A stretch of 63,663 nt of DNA, the filler included. It is 20 parts of 20 records of this genome, joined end to end, with 100 filler letters (N's around TTAATTAATTAA, not from the genome) between each part and the next. Parts side by side here need not be neighbours in the genome. Positions count along the whole stretch, not along the records: positions 23,264 to 26,485 come from SRR16133337_98700; positions 26,586 to 29,558 come from SRR16133337_99062; positions 29,659 to 32,253 come from SRR16133337_99067; positions 32,354 to 39,312 come from SRR16133337_99108; 16 more parts are not named here. The stretch is one strand, 5' to 3'. A program made the translations under genes and the position numbers. Position 1 is the first letter of the stretch; each line of letters opens with the position of its first letter. The notes below the pieces were generated by a model. That model was given only the letters and a program-made list of their open reading frames with translations, ran no database searches and was not told the DNA's origin. Positions 23,453-35,500 of this stretch are shown piece after piece.

Positions 23453-25654
23453 CTGGGGTGGTTTTTCTCCGTCAGGATAAATACAAGTCTTGTCCTTGTC
23501 GATAACGACACATTCATCAAAATTAACAAACGTAATATCGATTGGTTGTGACCATTCAATATGCCCGTGGCCATCTCGATAGATCCGAAAATTTTTAATT
23601 GCTCGAAGCTCGACACGTGTCATTTTTTTGATTACATCCATTGGCGGAGATGTGTGATATCCCCTTTTCGTTAATATTGGTGTGTAATCATCCGGCACAC
23701 GCCTTTTTTGGTCACGTGGGGGATCACCTTCTATTGGATGTTGTCCACCTTCAACGTGTCTATCATGTCCCAACGGCAAATCTCCATTCTGGTAACTGTT
23801 TTGGGAAGTCGGTGTCTAAGTTTGAAAATAAATAACAATAAATGAATAACATTTAATACGTTTTGTCAAAAATGAATCGAATTACCACACACTTCACAAA
23901 AAATGTAAAATTTAAGTCATTTCGTCTATTGAACCAAAGGAATGTAGCCCCAGGATCTTTATCAGTAACTCAGAGTTTCTGTCATTAAGAGTCTTTGTCG
24001 CGAGAGTTAGATATTTCTCGGTATGTAAAATGAAACCAACAAATTGAAAAACAAGATGTTCCAAATATACTTTTTAGGATCGGAAAAAAATGCCTCAACT
24101 TGCCCCCCACCTCTCATTTAGTGGTGTTCATATGTAAAAAGAATAAAAATACGCCCCAGAAACTCATGTTCAAAATACAACTCATCATGTTGGGGCACTG
24201 TTATTGTCATTCTCACGAAACAATTCTACAAGATTTTTTCGGGGTGGAAAAAAAGTCGTGTATCCTTTGTAAAGTAAAAAATCCATTTATAGCTTTCCTG
24301 CAATGACTTTTCAAAATCTAAAATGGCATTTTTCATCTTTTTCAATGTGTAAACTTTACCGAAAGCGTCGATGGGAGCTATTTGTACTTTTGCAAAACAT
24401 GGGGTTGAATCACCTTCTTACTTCACCTCAAATTAAAATAAACGTTTCAGGAACAGCCAAGTTAGTTTTAGACAATTACAAGTTGAAACCAGAACGAGCA
24501 CGTCTTTCTTTTCAAAAGCACAATTTTCAGTATGGACAAGTATTTTTCTTTCGTACCTCTTGATCCACTCGTCCTTCATCAGAAGAAGATTGTCGACCCA
24601 TTGGAGGCAAATCAATTTCATTTTTTTCTGGTGGTGGGAGACGATCTAATCTTCGCGATGGCCGCAATGCGCTTTGAATCTCACTGTCCTTTACGGTCAT
24701 TGCTATGTCATAGAGAGATCGCTGTTTAGATGATTTTGAGACATATGATGGCTTTGCGGCACGGCCACCAATACGCATTCGAGAAGAACTCGAATAAGAT
24801 CCTGATCGAGATCTAAGTGATTTAAAAAGTAACAGCACACGTTTTAAATAACACACAAAACACAGCACACACAGAGACACACCACAACCACACAACAACC
24901 ACACAACAAATACTTATAAAACGAAACAGTCTCCTCCACACAAAAAAGCGCACCTCTGAGCTAAAGAATAAGAATCCAAAACGGGCAACTTAAAAAAAGA
25001 GATGTGACTAAAATAAACACCCCCAAATATTTCTTGCATTTACGTATTTTGGAATTGGGATATGCGACGTGTTCCCAAAGGCGAATACGATTTCATTCAC
25101 GTACCAAACATAGAGGAACAAAAATGTTCGAGAAAAAAGAATACGAATGGCAAACAAATAGCATTGGAAAACGAAGGGTGTGTTGCTAAAACATAATTTT
25201 CTACCAAAGGCATAATAACCACAAAAACAATTCACAGCGAACAACCTGTTCTGCATTTGTGAATGAATTTTTGGGCTTTTGTGAGCTTTTCCAAACATTC
25301 TAGAGCTACAAAAGGTTTTGTTGAATCATTCGAAGAACAAAAGTACCGTTTTTGAAACTTGCTGAATGCGCCATTAAATTTTTATACACAAAAAATAATG
25401 AAACGCTGAACTTACAACTTTTATAGGTAGTATTTGTGAGGTGTTCATATCTTAAAACGTGCCTTTAAAAAAAACAAAAACATCGCGTGACTCAAGAAGC
25501 ACGTAGACCAATAAATCTTATATTTCAGCTTGAAATAAGGATACTTACATTGACCTCTCTTTGTTTCTGAGGGATTCATCGAATCGGTCGCGCTGCCAAT
25601 TGGCTCCATACTGAAGATTGATTTGGTATGGATTTCCGGTGACAAGTGCAACAA
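23453..25654 (-). CDS. Nup98/Nup145-like nucleoporin fragment with autoproteolytic (peptidase S59) domain; exons 25549-25654, 24557-24812, 23453-23815
   Basis: Phase-consistent splicing. PILTKRGYHTSPP...IKNFRIYRDGHGHIEW..PIDI...NFDECV......IYPD.EKPP matches the Nup98 APD pattern. Confidence 0.8.
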
Positions 25655-26585
25655 CTAAAAAAGTGAAAATTATATTAGATGCTTCATGAAAAAGATAAGT
25701 TCAGGTCACAACTGCAAACACAGACCACTTTAGGTTTCTAGTTCACTGTATGTTTAATTCTTGTCATCCAAAGTGAAAAACTAATCGCTTTAATGTCACA
25801 AATAAAAATTCATGCACGCCATTACAATGTACAGGTGCAAGTACCATACATCCTTCTCTGAAAAAAATGCGAATCGTTCGAAAACCAGGCATTTAAACGA
25901 CCAAAAATTCCCAAAACAACTGTCCTTATCCAACAATGAGCGGTACATTCTCGATCGGTATCATGACTGGGGTATAATTTCGCAAAAGAAGCGTTTCCTC
26001 TTTTTCATTTGGCTGTTAAATATCTGTACCGAAGAAAAAATAATTAAAGGAGGTGCGAAGCAAGATATACCTGATTCATTACTTTTCAGTTGATATCACC
26101 TATGACTAAGATAATATTTTGATGCACAATTTCTTAGTGACAGTTTGATGGATGCATTCACGTGAACCTACTCCTGAAAATTAACACTACAAAAACGTTC
26201 AATTTCGACATAAATTTCATCAAAATCCTCTGCACTCCCTACGTACAAATGAAAAACCTTTTGCTCGATGCGGACCAGTTTTTAGAGAGTGTATGATGAC
26301 CAGGCCGAGATATCGTGGTGGTGCCTGACAACTACCTCGCCAAGCCCAATTTTGCCGCCAACCTGCCTAATGTAACTTAGTTAGAACATGTTTTTGTGGA
26401 ACTCATCTGGCAACACATCATATGGCGAGTACTGGTGGTGGGGTGGTGGGGAAAACTATCTCCAAAATTGCCTTTTAAACTAGAANNNNNNNNNNNNNNN
26501 NNNNNNNNNNNNNNNNNNNNNNNNNNNNNTTAATTAATTAANNNNNNNNNNNNNNNNNNNNNNNNNNNNNNNNNNNNNNNNNNNN

Positions 26586-28482
26586 TATCGTAGGCTTTGG
26601 CAAAGTCGAGGAATACGGCGTGTGTTTGTTTTGCGACCTTTTTCCTGCCACGGCGGTTTGGGTGTGGACCTGGTTTGGAGGCATAGGAGAGGCCCTCGTG
26701 GACGTGTTGGGTGAGGCGTATGAGTTGGGAGGTGATATTTTGTTTTCGGCGAAAGCCGGCTTGGAGTGAGGAGATGTGATTGTTGTTTTCGGCATACCAG
26801 TAGAGGCGGTTGTAAATGATGCGCTCGAAAATTTTGGAGATGCAGGAGAGGAGTGCAATAGGGCGGTATGAAGCAGGGTCTGGGGGTGGTTTTCCAGGTT
26901 TTGGGATGGGGTGAATAATGCCTGTTTTCCAGTCTGTGACATATTTTCCATGTTTGAGGGAGAGGTTGAAGAGGTGGAGGAGGCAAACACGGAGTGAGGG
27001 GCCTGAATTTCGGAGGGAGAAGTAGTGGATGTCGTCGAGACCACATGCGCCGTCAGAGGCGTGGTCAAGGGCTGAGGTGAGTTCGTGCTGAGAGAAAGGG
27101 CGGTTGTATGAGGTTTGGTGTGCGGGTTGTGCGGTTTGAGGTTGAAAATGTTCGGGGTGTTGGTTGATAAAGGTGTCAATTCGGTCACGGTGGTTGTCAT
27201 CGAAGTTTGGGTTGGGGGGTGGGCTAGAGATTGAGGCGTATTGGTGGGCGAGGGCGGTGGCTTTGGAGTGGTCGGTAGTGTGAGTTTGGTTATGGGTCTG
27301 GAGGGTGGGAATGGAGGTAGAGGATTTATTGTTTGTGAGTTTGGAGAATTTGGACCACATGAGGTTTGGTTGGGAGGAGGTAATTTCTTCACATGTTTCT
27401 TGGAAATAATCGAGTTTGGTGGATTGCATGGTATGTGTGAAGTTGATATGGGCTTGGTAATAGGCATTGTGGTTGTGGTTGTTGTTGTTTTGTTGAAAGG
27501 TGCGAAGGGCGGTTTTGCGGGCTGCTGAGAGAGTGGTGAGGTGAGGTGTCCACCAAGGGTGTTGAGTAAATCTTCGTTTGTGTTGGTGTGTTTTGCCAAT
27601 GAGTTGGTGTTGGAGGCTGAGAAGCTCGCGTGTGAGCTCAGTGGCCAAGAAGTCGATGTGTGCAGGAGACTGCAGATGGCGAAGAGCACGAGCAAGAGGA
27701 TCAAAAGTGGTGTCACTCGCTTCAAGGAAGGCCTGGGGGTCTGCTGTTTTTGTTTTCCAGGACTGGTGTTGGTTGGGGCTTTTTGGTTTGGAGGTGTGGA
27801 GGGTGGTGACAAGGGCGCAGTGGGCTCCACTAAGGTCACTGTGGAGGATTTCCCAGGTGGCGTTGGCGCTGGCTTGGGTTGAGATGATGGAGAGGTCGAG
27901 AGTTGCTGGGGTTGTGCCAAATTGTGGAGGGTAGTGGGTAGGAGTATGGGGAGTATTGAGAGTGATGAGGTTGTGGGTGTTGCAAAGGTTGTGGACTTGT
28001 TGGGCATGGATGTTGGGTCGGAGACAGGTGGAGTCCCAAAGAGGGGAGTGAGTGTTGAAGTCTCCACCAATGAGGATGTCGGTATTCTGTGGAATTGCTG
28101 TAAGGTCTGTGTGGAGAGCACTGATATTGGAGGTGGTGGATGGAGGCTCATAGAAAGAGCAGAGGAGGAGAGGGCGTTTGTGTGGTCTGGTGATCTCAAT
28201 CCAGATGGCTTCGGTTGTTGGTGCAGATAGTTCTGGTCGTTCTGTTGCTGTAATGGAACTATGGACGAGGATGGCGACACCACCACCATTTGGATGGGGG
28301 TGGGAGGGGTGGCGTGGTTTATGGAAGGTGGTGTAGTTGGCGTAATTGGGTTCAAGGGAGGAGAGACAGGTTTCTTGGATGAGTGCGATGTGGATTCTTT
28401 GGGTGTTAAGGAGTTGGGTGAGGTCGTCTGCTTTGGGGGAGGAGAAGGAGTTTGCATTCCACTGTAAGACTTTAATAGTCAT
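26586..28482 (-). CDS. LINE ORF2: AP endonuclease plus reverse transcriptase (partial)
   Basis: QWNANS, IQET, GGGVAI, GDFNTHSPLW, TLDL; RT motifs GLDDI, YRPIALLS, QAGFR, FLDFAKAYD. Confidence 0.96.
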
Positions 28483-29558
28483 ATATCGATGGGGCGGTCT
28501 GTGGACGGCTGAATTGGATTAATTTTGAGCTTTTTGTTGTGCGGTGTTGAGTTTGAGGTGTTGAGGCCGGGTGGACGGCGGGTGTTGAAGGTAGGTGAGG
28601 TAGAGGAACGTTTGAACTTTGAGGATGTCGGAGGGTGTTGTGTGTTTGGGGTGAGGGGTTCATCATCGGATCCATAATCGGACATGGTCTCTTCGAACTC
28701 GCGGTCGTCAGTGAGTTCGAAATTGGGGGTGTAAGAAGTTTGTGGAGGTGTCTCTGGGCTGTAGGGGGCGGATTTCCAGTTTTGAAAGGATTTTTGATGG
28801 CGAGCAGACTGAGAGGGGGGAGGTCCGCGTTGGAGGAGCTCAAGGATGGTTTTTTGGTTGGTTTTCATGTCTCTGAGTTCGGAGTGGATGGTTTTAAGGG
28901 TGTCGAGTTCTTTTAGCATCGAATCGACTGTGGTCTTGAGGAGGTTCACTTGTCTGTTGAGGCTATGAATTTGGAACTCTTGTGTGGACATTTGGTGTTT
29001 CGGGGTTTTGGAGGCTTGGAAAGTGGGTGAGGAGGGAGCTGAGCGGGTTGTTTGAGAAGGAGAAGGTGGATGGTTGTGCTCAAAAGGTCCACTGGTGGAT
29101 GAGGAAGAGGCAAGTGGTGCTCTGTTGTGGGTTTGAGGTCGAGGAAGGCGTGAAGGAGGTGGTGAAGTAGAAGAGGTATGAGCAGAAGGATTGGAGTTTG
29201 GTATTTGGAAGGCGGCCTGTCTTTGTTTTTTACGTCTTTGCTGACGTGTTGATCGACGACGGCGTTGTCTGGTGACCTGTGCACGTTGTCGTAGGCGGTC
29301 TGCAGACCATTGGCGACATTTGTAGGTCTCACGAGAGGTGTGGTCTGTACTCTGACAGCGGGTGCAAGGTTCGGGGGAGCAGTGGTGTTCGGAAGAGTGT
29401 TTGGGTTGGAGGCAGGTTCCGCAGAGTGGTCGGTCCTTTTTGGGACAATGGTTGCGGGTGTGGCCGGTTTTGTGGCAAAATTTACACTTTGAAAATCTTG
29501 TGGAGGAAATCCAATCTTCGACACCAATAGTGATGCGAGATTTTGGGTCATGGAGGGT
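28479..29558 (-). CDS. LINE ORF1 (gag-like nucleic-acid-binding protein), 5'-truncated
   Basis: One open frame from 29558 to TGA at 28479: CKFCHKTGHTRNHC, CGTCLQPKHSSEHHC, CTRCQSTDHTSRETYKC, an Arg-rich stretch and a coiled-coil-like segment. The track shows only its 3' part. Confidence 0.9.
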   Translation of the reverse strand, partial: TLHDPKSRITIGVEDWISSTRFSKCKFCHKTGHTRNHCPKKDRPLCGTCLQPKHSSEHHCSPEPCTRCQSTDHTSRETYKCRQWSADRLRQRAQVTRQRRRRSTRQQRRKKQRQAAFQIPNSNPSAHTSSTSPPPSRLPRPQTHNRAPLASSSSTSGPFEHNHPPSPSQTTRSAPSSPTFQASKTPKHQMSTQEFQIHSLNRQVNLLKTTVDSMLKELDTLKTIHSELRDMKTNQKTILELLQRGPPPSQSARHQKSFQNWKSAPYSPETPPQTSYTPNFELTDDREFEETMSDYGSDDEPLTPNTQHPPTSSKFKRSSTSPTFNTRRPPGLNTSNSTPHNKKLKINPIQPSTDRPIDI

Positions 29559-29658
29559 NNNNNNNNNNNNNNNNNNNNNNNNNNNNNNNNNNNNNNNNNN
29601 NNTTAATTAATTAANNNNNNNNNNNNNNNNNNNNNNNNNNNNNNNNNNNNNNNNNNNN

Positions 29659-29735
29659 TGCACGACATCCAGACTGCAAGACAAAAAAAAACGGCATCAC
29701 CGTATCACTGCATCACGGTTTCACTGTATCACCAT
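29659..29735. repeat. Degenerate octamer repeats at contig start
   Basis: CGGCATCA CCGTATCA CTGCATCA CGGTTTCA CTGTATCA; GACTGCAAGACAA matches the reverse complement of ~14920-14932. Confidence 0.75.
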
Positions 29736-29802
29736 TTTCAACAAATTTTATCTCTAAAAGGATTTTTTATCGACCTAAAATTTAAAGTTTAAAAAAACTG
29801 TC

Positions 29803-29810
29803 TATTTTTG
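29803..29810 (+). promoter_or_regulatory. Bacteroidetes -7 box (TATTTTTG) upstream of topA
   Basis: TAnnTTTG about 100 nt upstream of the start. Confidence 0.5.
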
Positions 29811-29910
29811 CATACGATCTAGAAGTTTTTATAAAAGAATTAAAAGCTTATTTTTTTAAAAATAGAATCGTTTTTTTGGTTTCAATACAAACAAAGATAC
29901 AAAGCAAGAT

Positions 29911-32253
29911 ATGGCAAAGAATTTAGTAATCGTTGAGTCACCCGCAAAAGCAAAAACCCTTGAAAAATTTTTAGGAAAAGAATTTCAAGTAGCCTCTAGT
30001 TTTGGGCATATCGCAGATTTGCCTCCAAATGAATTAGGGGTAAATGTTGAGGGAGATTTTATGCCGAATTATATCGTTTCTGAAGATAAAAAGGCGATTG
30101 TCGAAAAATTAAAATCATTAACGAAAAAAGCAGATACCGTTTGGTTAGCAAGTGATGAGGATCGGGAAGGAGAAGCGATAGCATGGCATTTAAAAGAACA
30201 GTTGAAATTGGCAGATGCGACTACAAAACGAATTGTATTTCATGAGATTACCAAGAAAGCGATTTTAAAAGCAGTAGAGAACCCCAGAGGCATCAATCAA
30301 AATATGGTCAATGCACAACAAGCACGTAGAGTTCTAGATCGTTTGGTAGGATATGAATTGTCACCCATATTGTGGAAAAAAGTCAAAGGACGTCTTTCAG
30401 CAGGAAGAGTACAATCTGTAGCTGTACGCTTGATTGTGGAAAGAGAGCGTAGTATTCAAGCATTTAATACCACTACCCATTATAAAGTAGTTGCTGAATT
30501 TTCAAATAGGGATGGAAAAACGTTTAAAGCGACGATTCCTAAAAGTTTTGATACTAGAGAAGAAGCAACCTCTTTTTTGAAATCTGTTGCAGATACAGAT
30601 TTTAATATTGCAGATTTGCAAAAGAAACCTGCTAAAAAATCACCAGCTCCCCCTTTTACAACCTCAACTTTACAACAAGAAGCATCGAGAAAACTAGGCT
30701 TTACAGTGGCAAGGACAATGCAAGTTGCACAGCGTTTGTATGAAGCGGGTTTGATTACTTATATGAGAACGGATAGTTTGAATCTTTCTGAAGAAGCAAA
30801 AAAAGAAGCTCAAGAAGAAATTACAAATTATTACGGAGCTGAATATAGCAAGCCTAGAATTTTTAAAAACAAGTCAAAAGGAGCACAAGAAGCACATGAG
30901 GCGATTCGTCCTACGAATATGAAACATCATTCCGTAAGTGTTGAGTACGATCAAGATCGTTTGTACGATTTGATTTGGAAAAGAACTTTGGCCTCCCAAA
31001 TGAGTGACGCATTGTTGGAACGTACCCATGTAAAAATATCGAATTCAAATAATGAAAAAATCTTTACAGCAAATGGAGAGATGATCCAATTTGAAGGATT
31101 TTTAAAAGTGTATTTAGAAGGAAATGATAATGAAGAGGAAGAGCAAGCAGGAATGTTGCCTCGTTTGAATATTGGAGAAGCTTTGTCTTACGAATACATT
31201 ACAGCAACACAGCGTTTTACAAGTCCTCCCTATCGTTTTACAGAGGCTGCCTTGGTAAAAAAATTAGAAGAATTGGGAATTGGACGTCCCTCAACCTATG
31301 CCCCAACAATTTCTACGGTGCAAAAAAGAGGCTATGTAGAAAAAGGGCAGATAGAGGGGGTAGAAAGAAACTACGAACAATTTGTTTTAAAAAACAGAAA
31401 AGTAAGCCATCAGTCTTTAGTAGAAAGAGTAGGTTCAGATAAAGGAAAATTAGTTCCAACCGATATTGGGAATATTGTCAATGATTTTTTGGTTGCCAAC
31501 TTTTCAAATATCTTAGATTTCGGATTTACGGCGAAAGTAGAGGCTGATTTTGATCACATTTCTCAAGGGTCTGAAGATTGGGTTTCTATGATTAAAAGAT
31601 TCTATAAAGAATTTCACCCTACTGTAAAAGAGGTTTCCGAAAATGCAGCAAGAGAAAGTGGAGAACGGATTTTAGGAAACCATCCCAAATCTGGGAAAAC
31701 CGTTTTGGTTCGTTTGGGCAAATTTGGTCCGATAGCACAGATTGGAGATAGAGACGATGAGGAAAAACAATTTGCAAGTTTGCAAAAAGAACAAAATTTA
31801 GAAACCATTACGCTAAAAGAAGCATTAGATTTATTTTTATTGCCTAAGAGTTTAGGAGTATATAAAGGGGAAGAGGTAATGGTGTCTAATGGAAGATTTG
31901 GTCCTTATATCAAATTTGGAACCTTGTATGTTTCTTTAGAAAAAGGAGAAGACCCTATGGATGTCGACTTGTTAAGGGCTACGGAATTGATTATTGCCAA
32001 ACAAGAAGCAGAGGCTCCTATAGCAGAATATGAAAACCTTCCTGTTCAAAAAGGTGTAGGAAGATTTGGTCCTTTTATCAAGTGGAACCAAATCTTTATC
32101 AATGTGAATAAAAAATATGATTTTGACAATCTTAGCCATGATGATATTGTTGAGTTGATAGAAGACAAAAAACGCAAAGAAAAGGAGAAAGTAATTCACA
32201 ATTGGGAAGAAGAAGGAATCCGAGTAGAAAAAGCAAGATGGGGACGTTTTAAT
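29911..32253 (+). CDS. topA: DNA topoisomerase I, 3'-truncated
   Basis: LVIVESPAKAKT, D.DREGEAIAWH, ITYMRTDS, AQEAHEAIRP, GIGRPSTYA; C-terminal GRFGPY repeats. Confidence 0.98.
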
Positions 32254-32534
32254 NNNNNNNNNNNNNNNNNNNNNNNNNNNNNNNNNNNNNNNNNNNNTTA
32301 ATTAATTAANNNNNNNNNNNNNNNNNNNNNNNNNNNNNNNNNNNNNNNNNNNNGAAAAATCAATTTTTAGAACCCACCTTAACATTTGAAGGTGAAAATT
32401 AATATTCTTACTGTAAATCGTAAATTAAATCGCTACATTAAAAGTGCCCCCCCTTTTTTAAAGGCACTTTCAAACCGCTATTCCTTATATATTAATTTTA
32501 AACGCTCTTTTTGAGCACAATACTGTAAGTAATT

Positions 32535-35500
32535 ATGAAAAAAAGTAAAATTTTAATAGTTTTAATTCTCTTTTTGGCTTTGCCCTGCAAAGAAATTTTC
32601 TGTCAGCCGACCATTGCTATAGATGAATGCGTACCGTTTTTAAAATTTGGTAAAAATAATCTTAATGAGGATGTTACGATTGGTTTTGATAATATCCATG
32701 GGAGTTCCAAAGAACCTTTGGCTTCGTTAACAGCAGAAGTGGCTGAAGAGCTAGAGAGTGAAGTTGTTGATGTAGTTGCGGTTAGTGCTGAGAAAGTTGC
32801 CTCTGAACTAATTGTAACCTTTTCAGAATTGGCTTTTGAGACGATCGGTGCTGCCTTCGAGATTTTCTTGCTTTTAGTACCTCCCACAGTTTTTGAGGAT
32901 ATAGGAAAATACATTTGGAGTACAGAAAAAGAAACCCTGAAAGACCTCAGCAACACCGGCCCTCTGGGAGTCTTTACGAGCTCCGCTCTATTTGTTACAG
33001 AAATGATAGTACACAAAGATAAATTCAAAAAATTGCTTCATAACATAAAGGAAGATTATAAAAACTTTTTTTTCCCCCCACAATCTGATTTTCATTTTTT
33101 TGACGTGGAATCGGGAAATGTTATTGCGATTACGGACGTCACCTTGAAATCACCTTTTCAATTCAAAATGAGTGTTCTTCTTGACGACATGAACAGTGAG
33201 GTGTCACAAGTATCTACTTCGATCTACGTTCCTGTATCTTTTAGTTATGAAAACGTGAAGAACAATTTAATAATGACTGGTAAAGAAGAAAACATTGGCA
33301 TAACTGTATTAGAACTAAGGGATTTTCTTGATCCTTCTTATCTTTTAGCGGTATATGACACTTCAGAAGTAGTGTTAACAGAAAAATATAGGGATCCTGA
33401 CATCAAAAAGAATGACAGTAATGAAGTGTCATATACCGAGGCACAATATGATCTCCTAGAGATTACTAATATACACTACTCTAGGAATCCTGTAGAAATT
33501 AATATATTTCCGGAGGATGAGTTTCCTACATTTCCATCAAAATTGGCGGCGTATCATTCATATACTTGGGAGTACTTATCCACAATCGATAAACAAGCGA
33601 TTTCAAAAGAAGGCACATCTAAGAGAGTGTCCCATTCTATGGATCCACTATACGTATCAAGGGAACTAATGACCGAGGTAGTTGTTAAACTATTTACTGG
33701 AAAATTAGATAAAAATGGAGGTCTTATTTATAATTTTGATGCTGATGCCGTAAAGGAGTTGTCTTACACATGGACAGCAATACCTAAAGAAGACGGTATA
33801 GGTACAGATGCCTACAAAATTGATATTATTTCAGACCTTTCAGATTTCCCTTTAACTGAAGATGGCACTAGTCTTTTTGCTGGCATATTTATGGAAACAC
33901 TTAAGACTAAGGATGGTCAAATGCCTATTGGTGAGAATCCTGATAATCTTATTCAGGAACAAGAATTGATATATTCTGGACAAATCATTGATTATGTTAA
34001 AAGTGATAACTCATTTGATGTGGACAATGGATTAAATGCAGAAACGGCACTACTTAATCCCTCCATAAGATTCAAAGATCATATCTTGGAAAATGGAGAC
34101 ATAAGCATGGAAAGTAGTAACCTTTACCTCGAGGTATCTTTATCCAATCCTGATTTAGGTACAATTAGACTTGAGAATTCAAGTGTTGGTGAAGATGAAG
34201 TCTCTTATTTAACCATTGACCTATCGTCACCCACTAGTGTACGGGCTTACCATCAACAAAACGACAAAGTGAAAAAAAAGGCATTTACATCCGTAGAGGA
34301 GAACGGCAACAAACTTTTAGTTGTTATTGAGGGAGTGCCTATGACTCGTAGTGATATAATATTTTCGAAGACTACCTACCCTAAAATAAATAAGCAAATC
34401 AGAGCTACGGTTTTATCGGACCCAGAACCACTGGAGAACAATCATTCTTATAATTTTTATTCTGAACAAGGTTATCTGTCAACGAAAGGAAACGACGTTC
34501 AGCTTGATACAAAAGCACCACCAAAAGGTTGGGCATTTATAGGGTCATTAGAAAATGGAATCGCCTTAATGGACAATGCCTCTGGTAAAGTATTAACGAT
34601 GGACGACAATAATGATTTAATAATGGTTGACTGGGACGTCTATGATACAAGGCTCTATTGGCTATTATTTTTGGAAGGCAACCAGATGCGCTTTAAAAAT
34701 AAGGCAACCGGTATGTATTTAAACTTTGATACGTCTAGTGAATATACGGCATTCACCGTTAGAGACAAAAGATTAAATCCATATCTATATATAGAACCGG
34801 GTAAGTACACCTTTTGGAATAGAGCATTGTGCGAGAAAGCATATGCATTTAAGAATGACAATACTAACCCATTGAACAACCTTGGGTTTTTTCCAAATTC
34901 AACGATTACTGAAAATATGCAATGGTATTTTATATACGTTGGTTTTGGCGAGTATCAAGTTATTAATGTGACTACGAACCTATATCTGGCTTATGATGAA
35001 AATGAGAATTTGACTTTAAGTGATGATCAAGCAATGGGCTGGTTTTTTCAAGTGATGACAAACGGTGATCTGTTGCTAAAGGATCGTCGGACAAAAAAGT
35101 ATTTAAGGTCTAGTAAGGAATCCCTCATGGTTTTAGATAATCCAGAGAATGAAAATGATATGCGTTATTTTTTTAGATTTGTGAAATATGACAAAGAAAT
35201 AGACAATTATTATGAGCCATTAGAAAGAGGCTGGTATTCATTAACAGATGAGAGTTCGGAACAATTTATGTTGGATCCTATAGACGAACATCAATATTTT
35301 GTCGTAAACCAACATAAAGATGTACTTACTATTGATGAAGAGGGGCGTATCTTTTACAGTTTGTTTGAAAATTCGGACCATCAAAAATGGGTAGCTTACA
35401 GAAACTACGATGGACTGGTATGGTATAATAAGAGGACTGGCTTATACTATTCGGTTAATGAAGAAGGACTTTCCATAGGTTCTTTTCAGGCTCAAACGTT

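Larger units (their letters stand above)
26586..29558 (-). mobile_element. Non-LTR (LINE) retrotransposon, I/Jockey-like, truncated at both contig ends
   Basis: ORF1 with three CCHC knuckles followed by ORF2 with APE and RT; strong C/A-rich strand bias. Confidence 0.95.

Noticed and set aside
25850..26346. Possible stop-codon reassignment in the eukaryote (exon-like blocks with in-frame TAA/TAG/TGA; also near 9178 and 21724-21881)
   Set aside because: The Nup98, H1, LINE and Helitron frames contain many CAA/CAG codons and no in-frame stops, which argues for the standard code. These blocks are more likely intronic or decayed.
26538..28457. 639-aa Pro/Thr/Ser-rich ORF overlapping LINE ORF2, plus other alternative-frame and antisense ORFs there
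   Set aside because: The C/A-rich, T-poor strand makes stop codons rare. These are shadow frames of the APE-RT gene.
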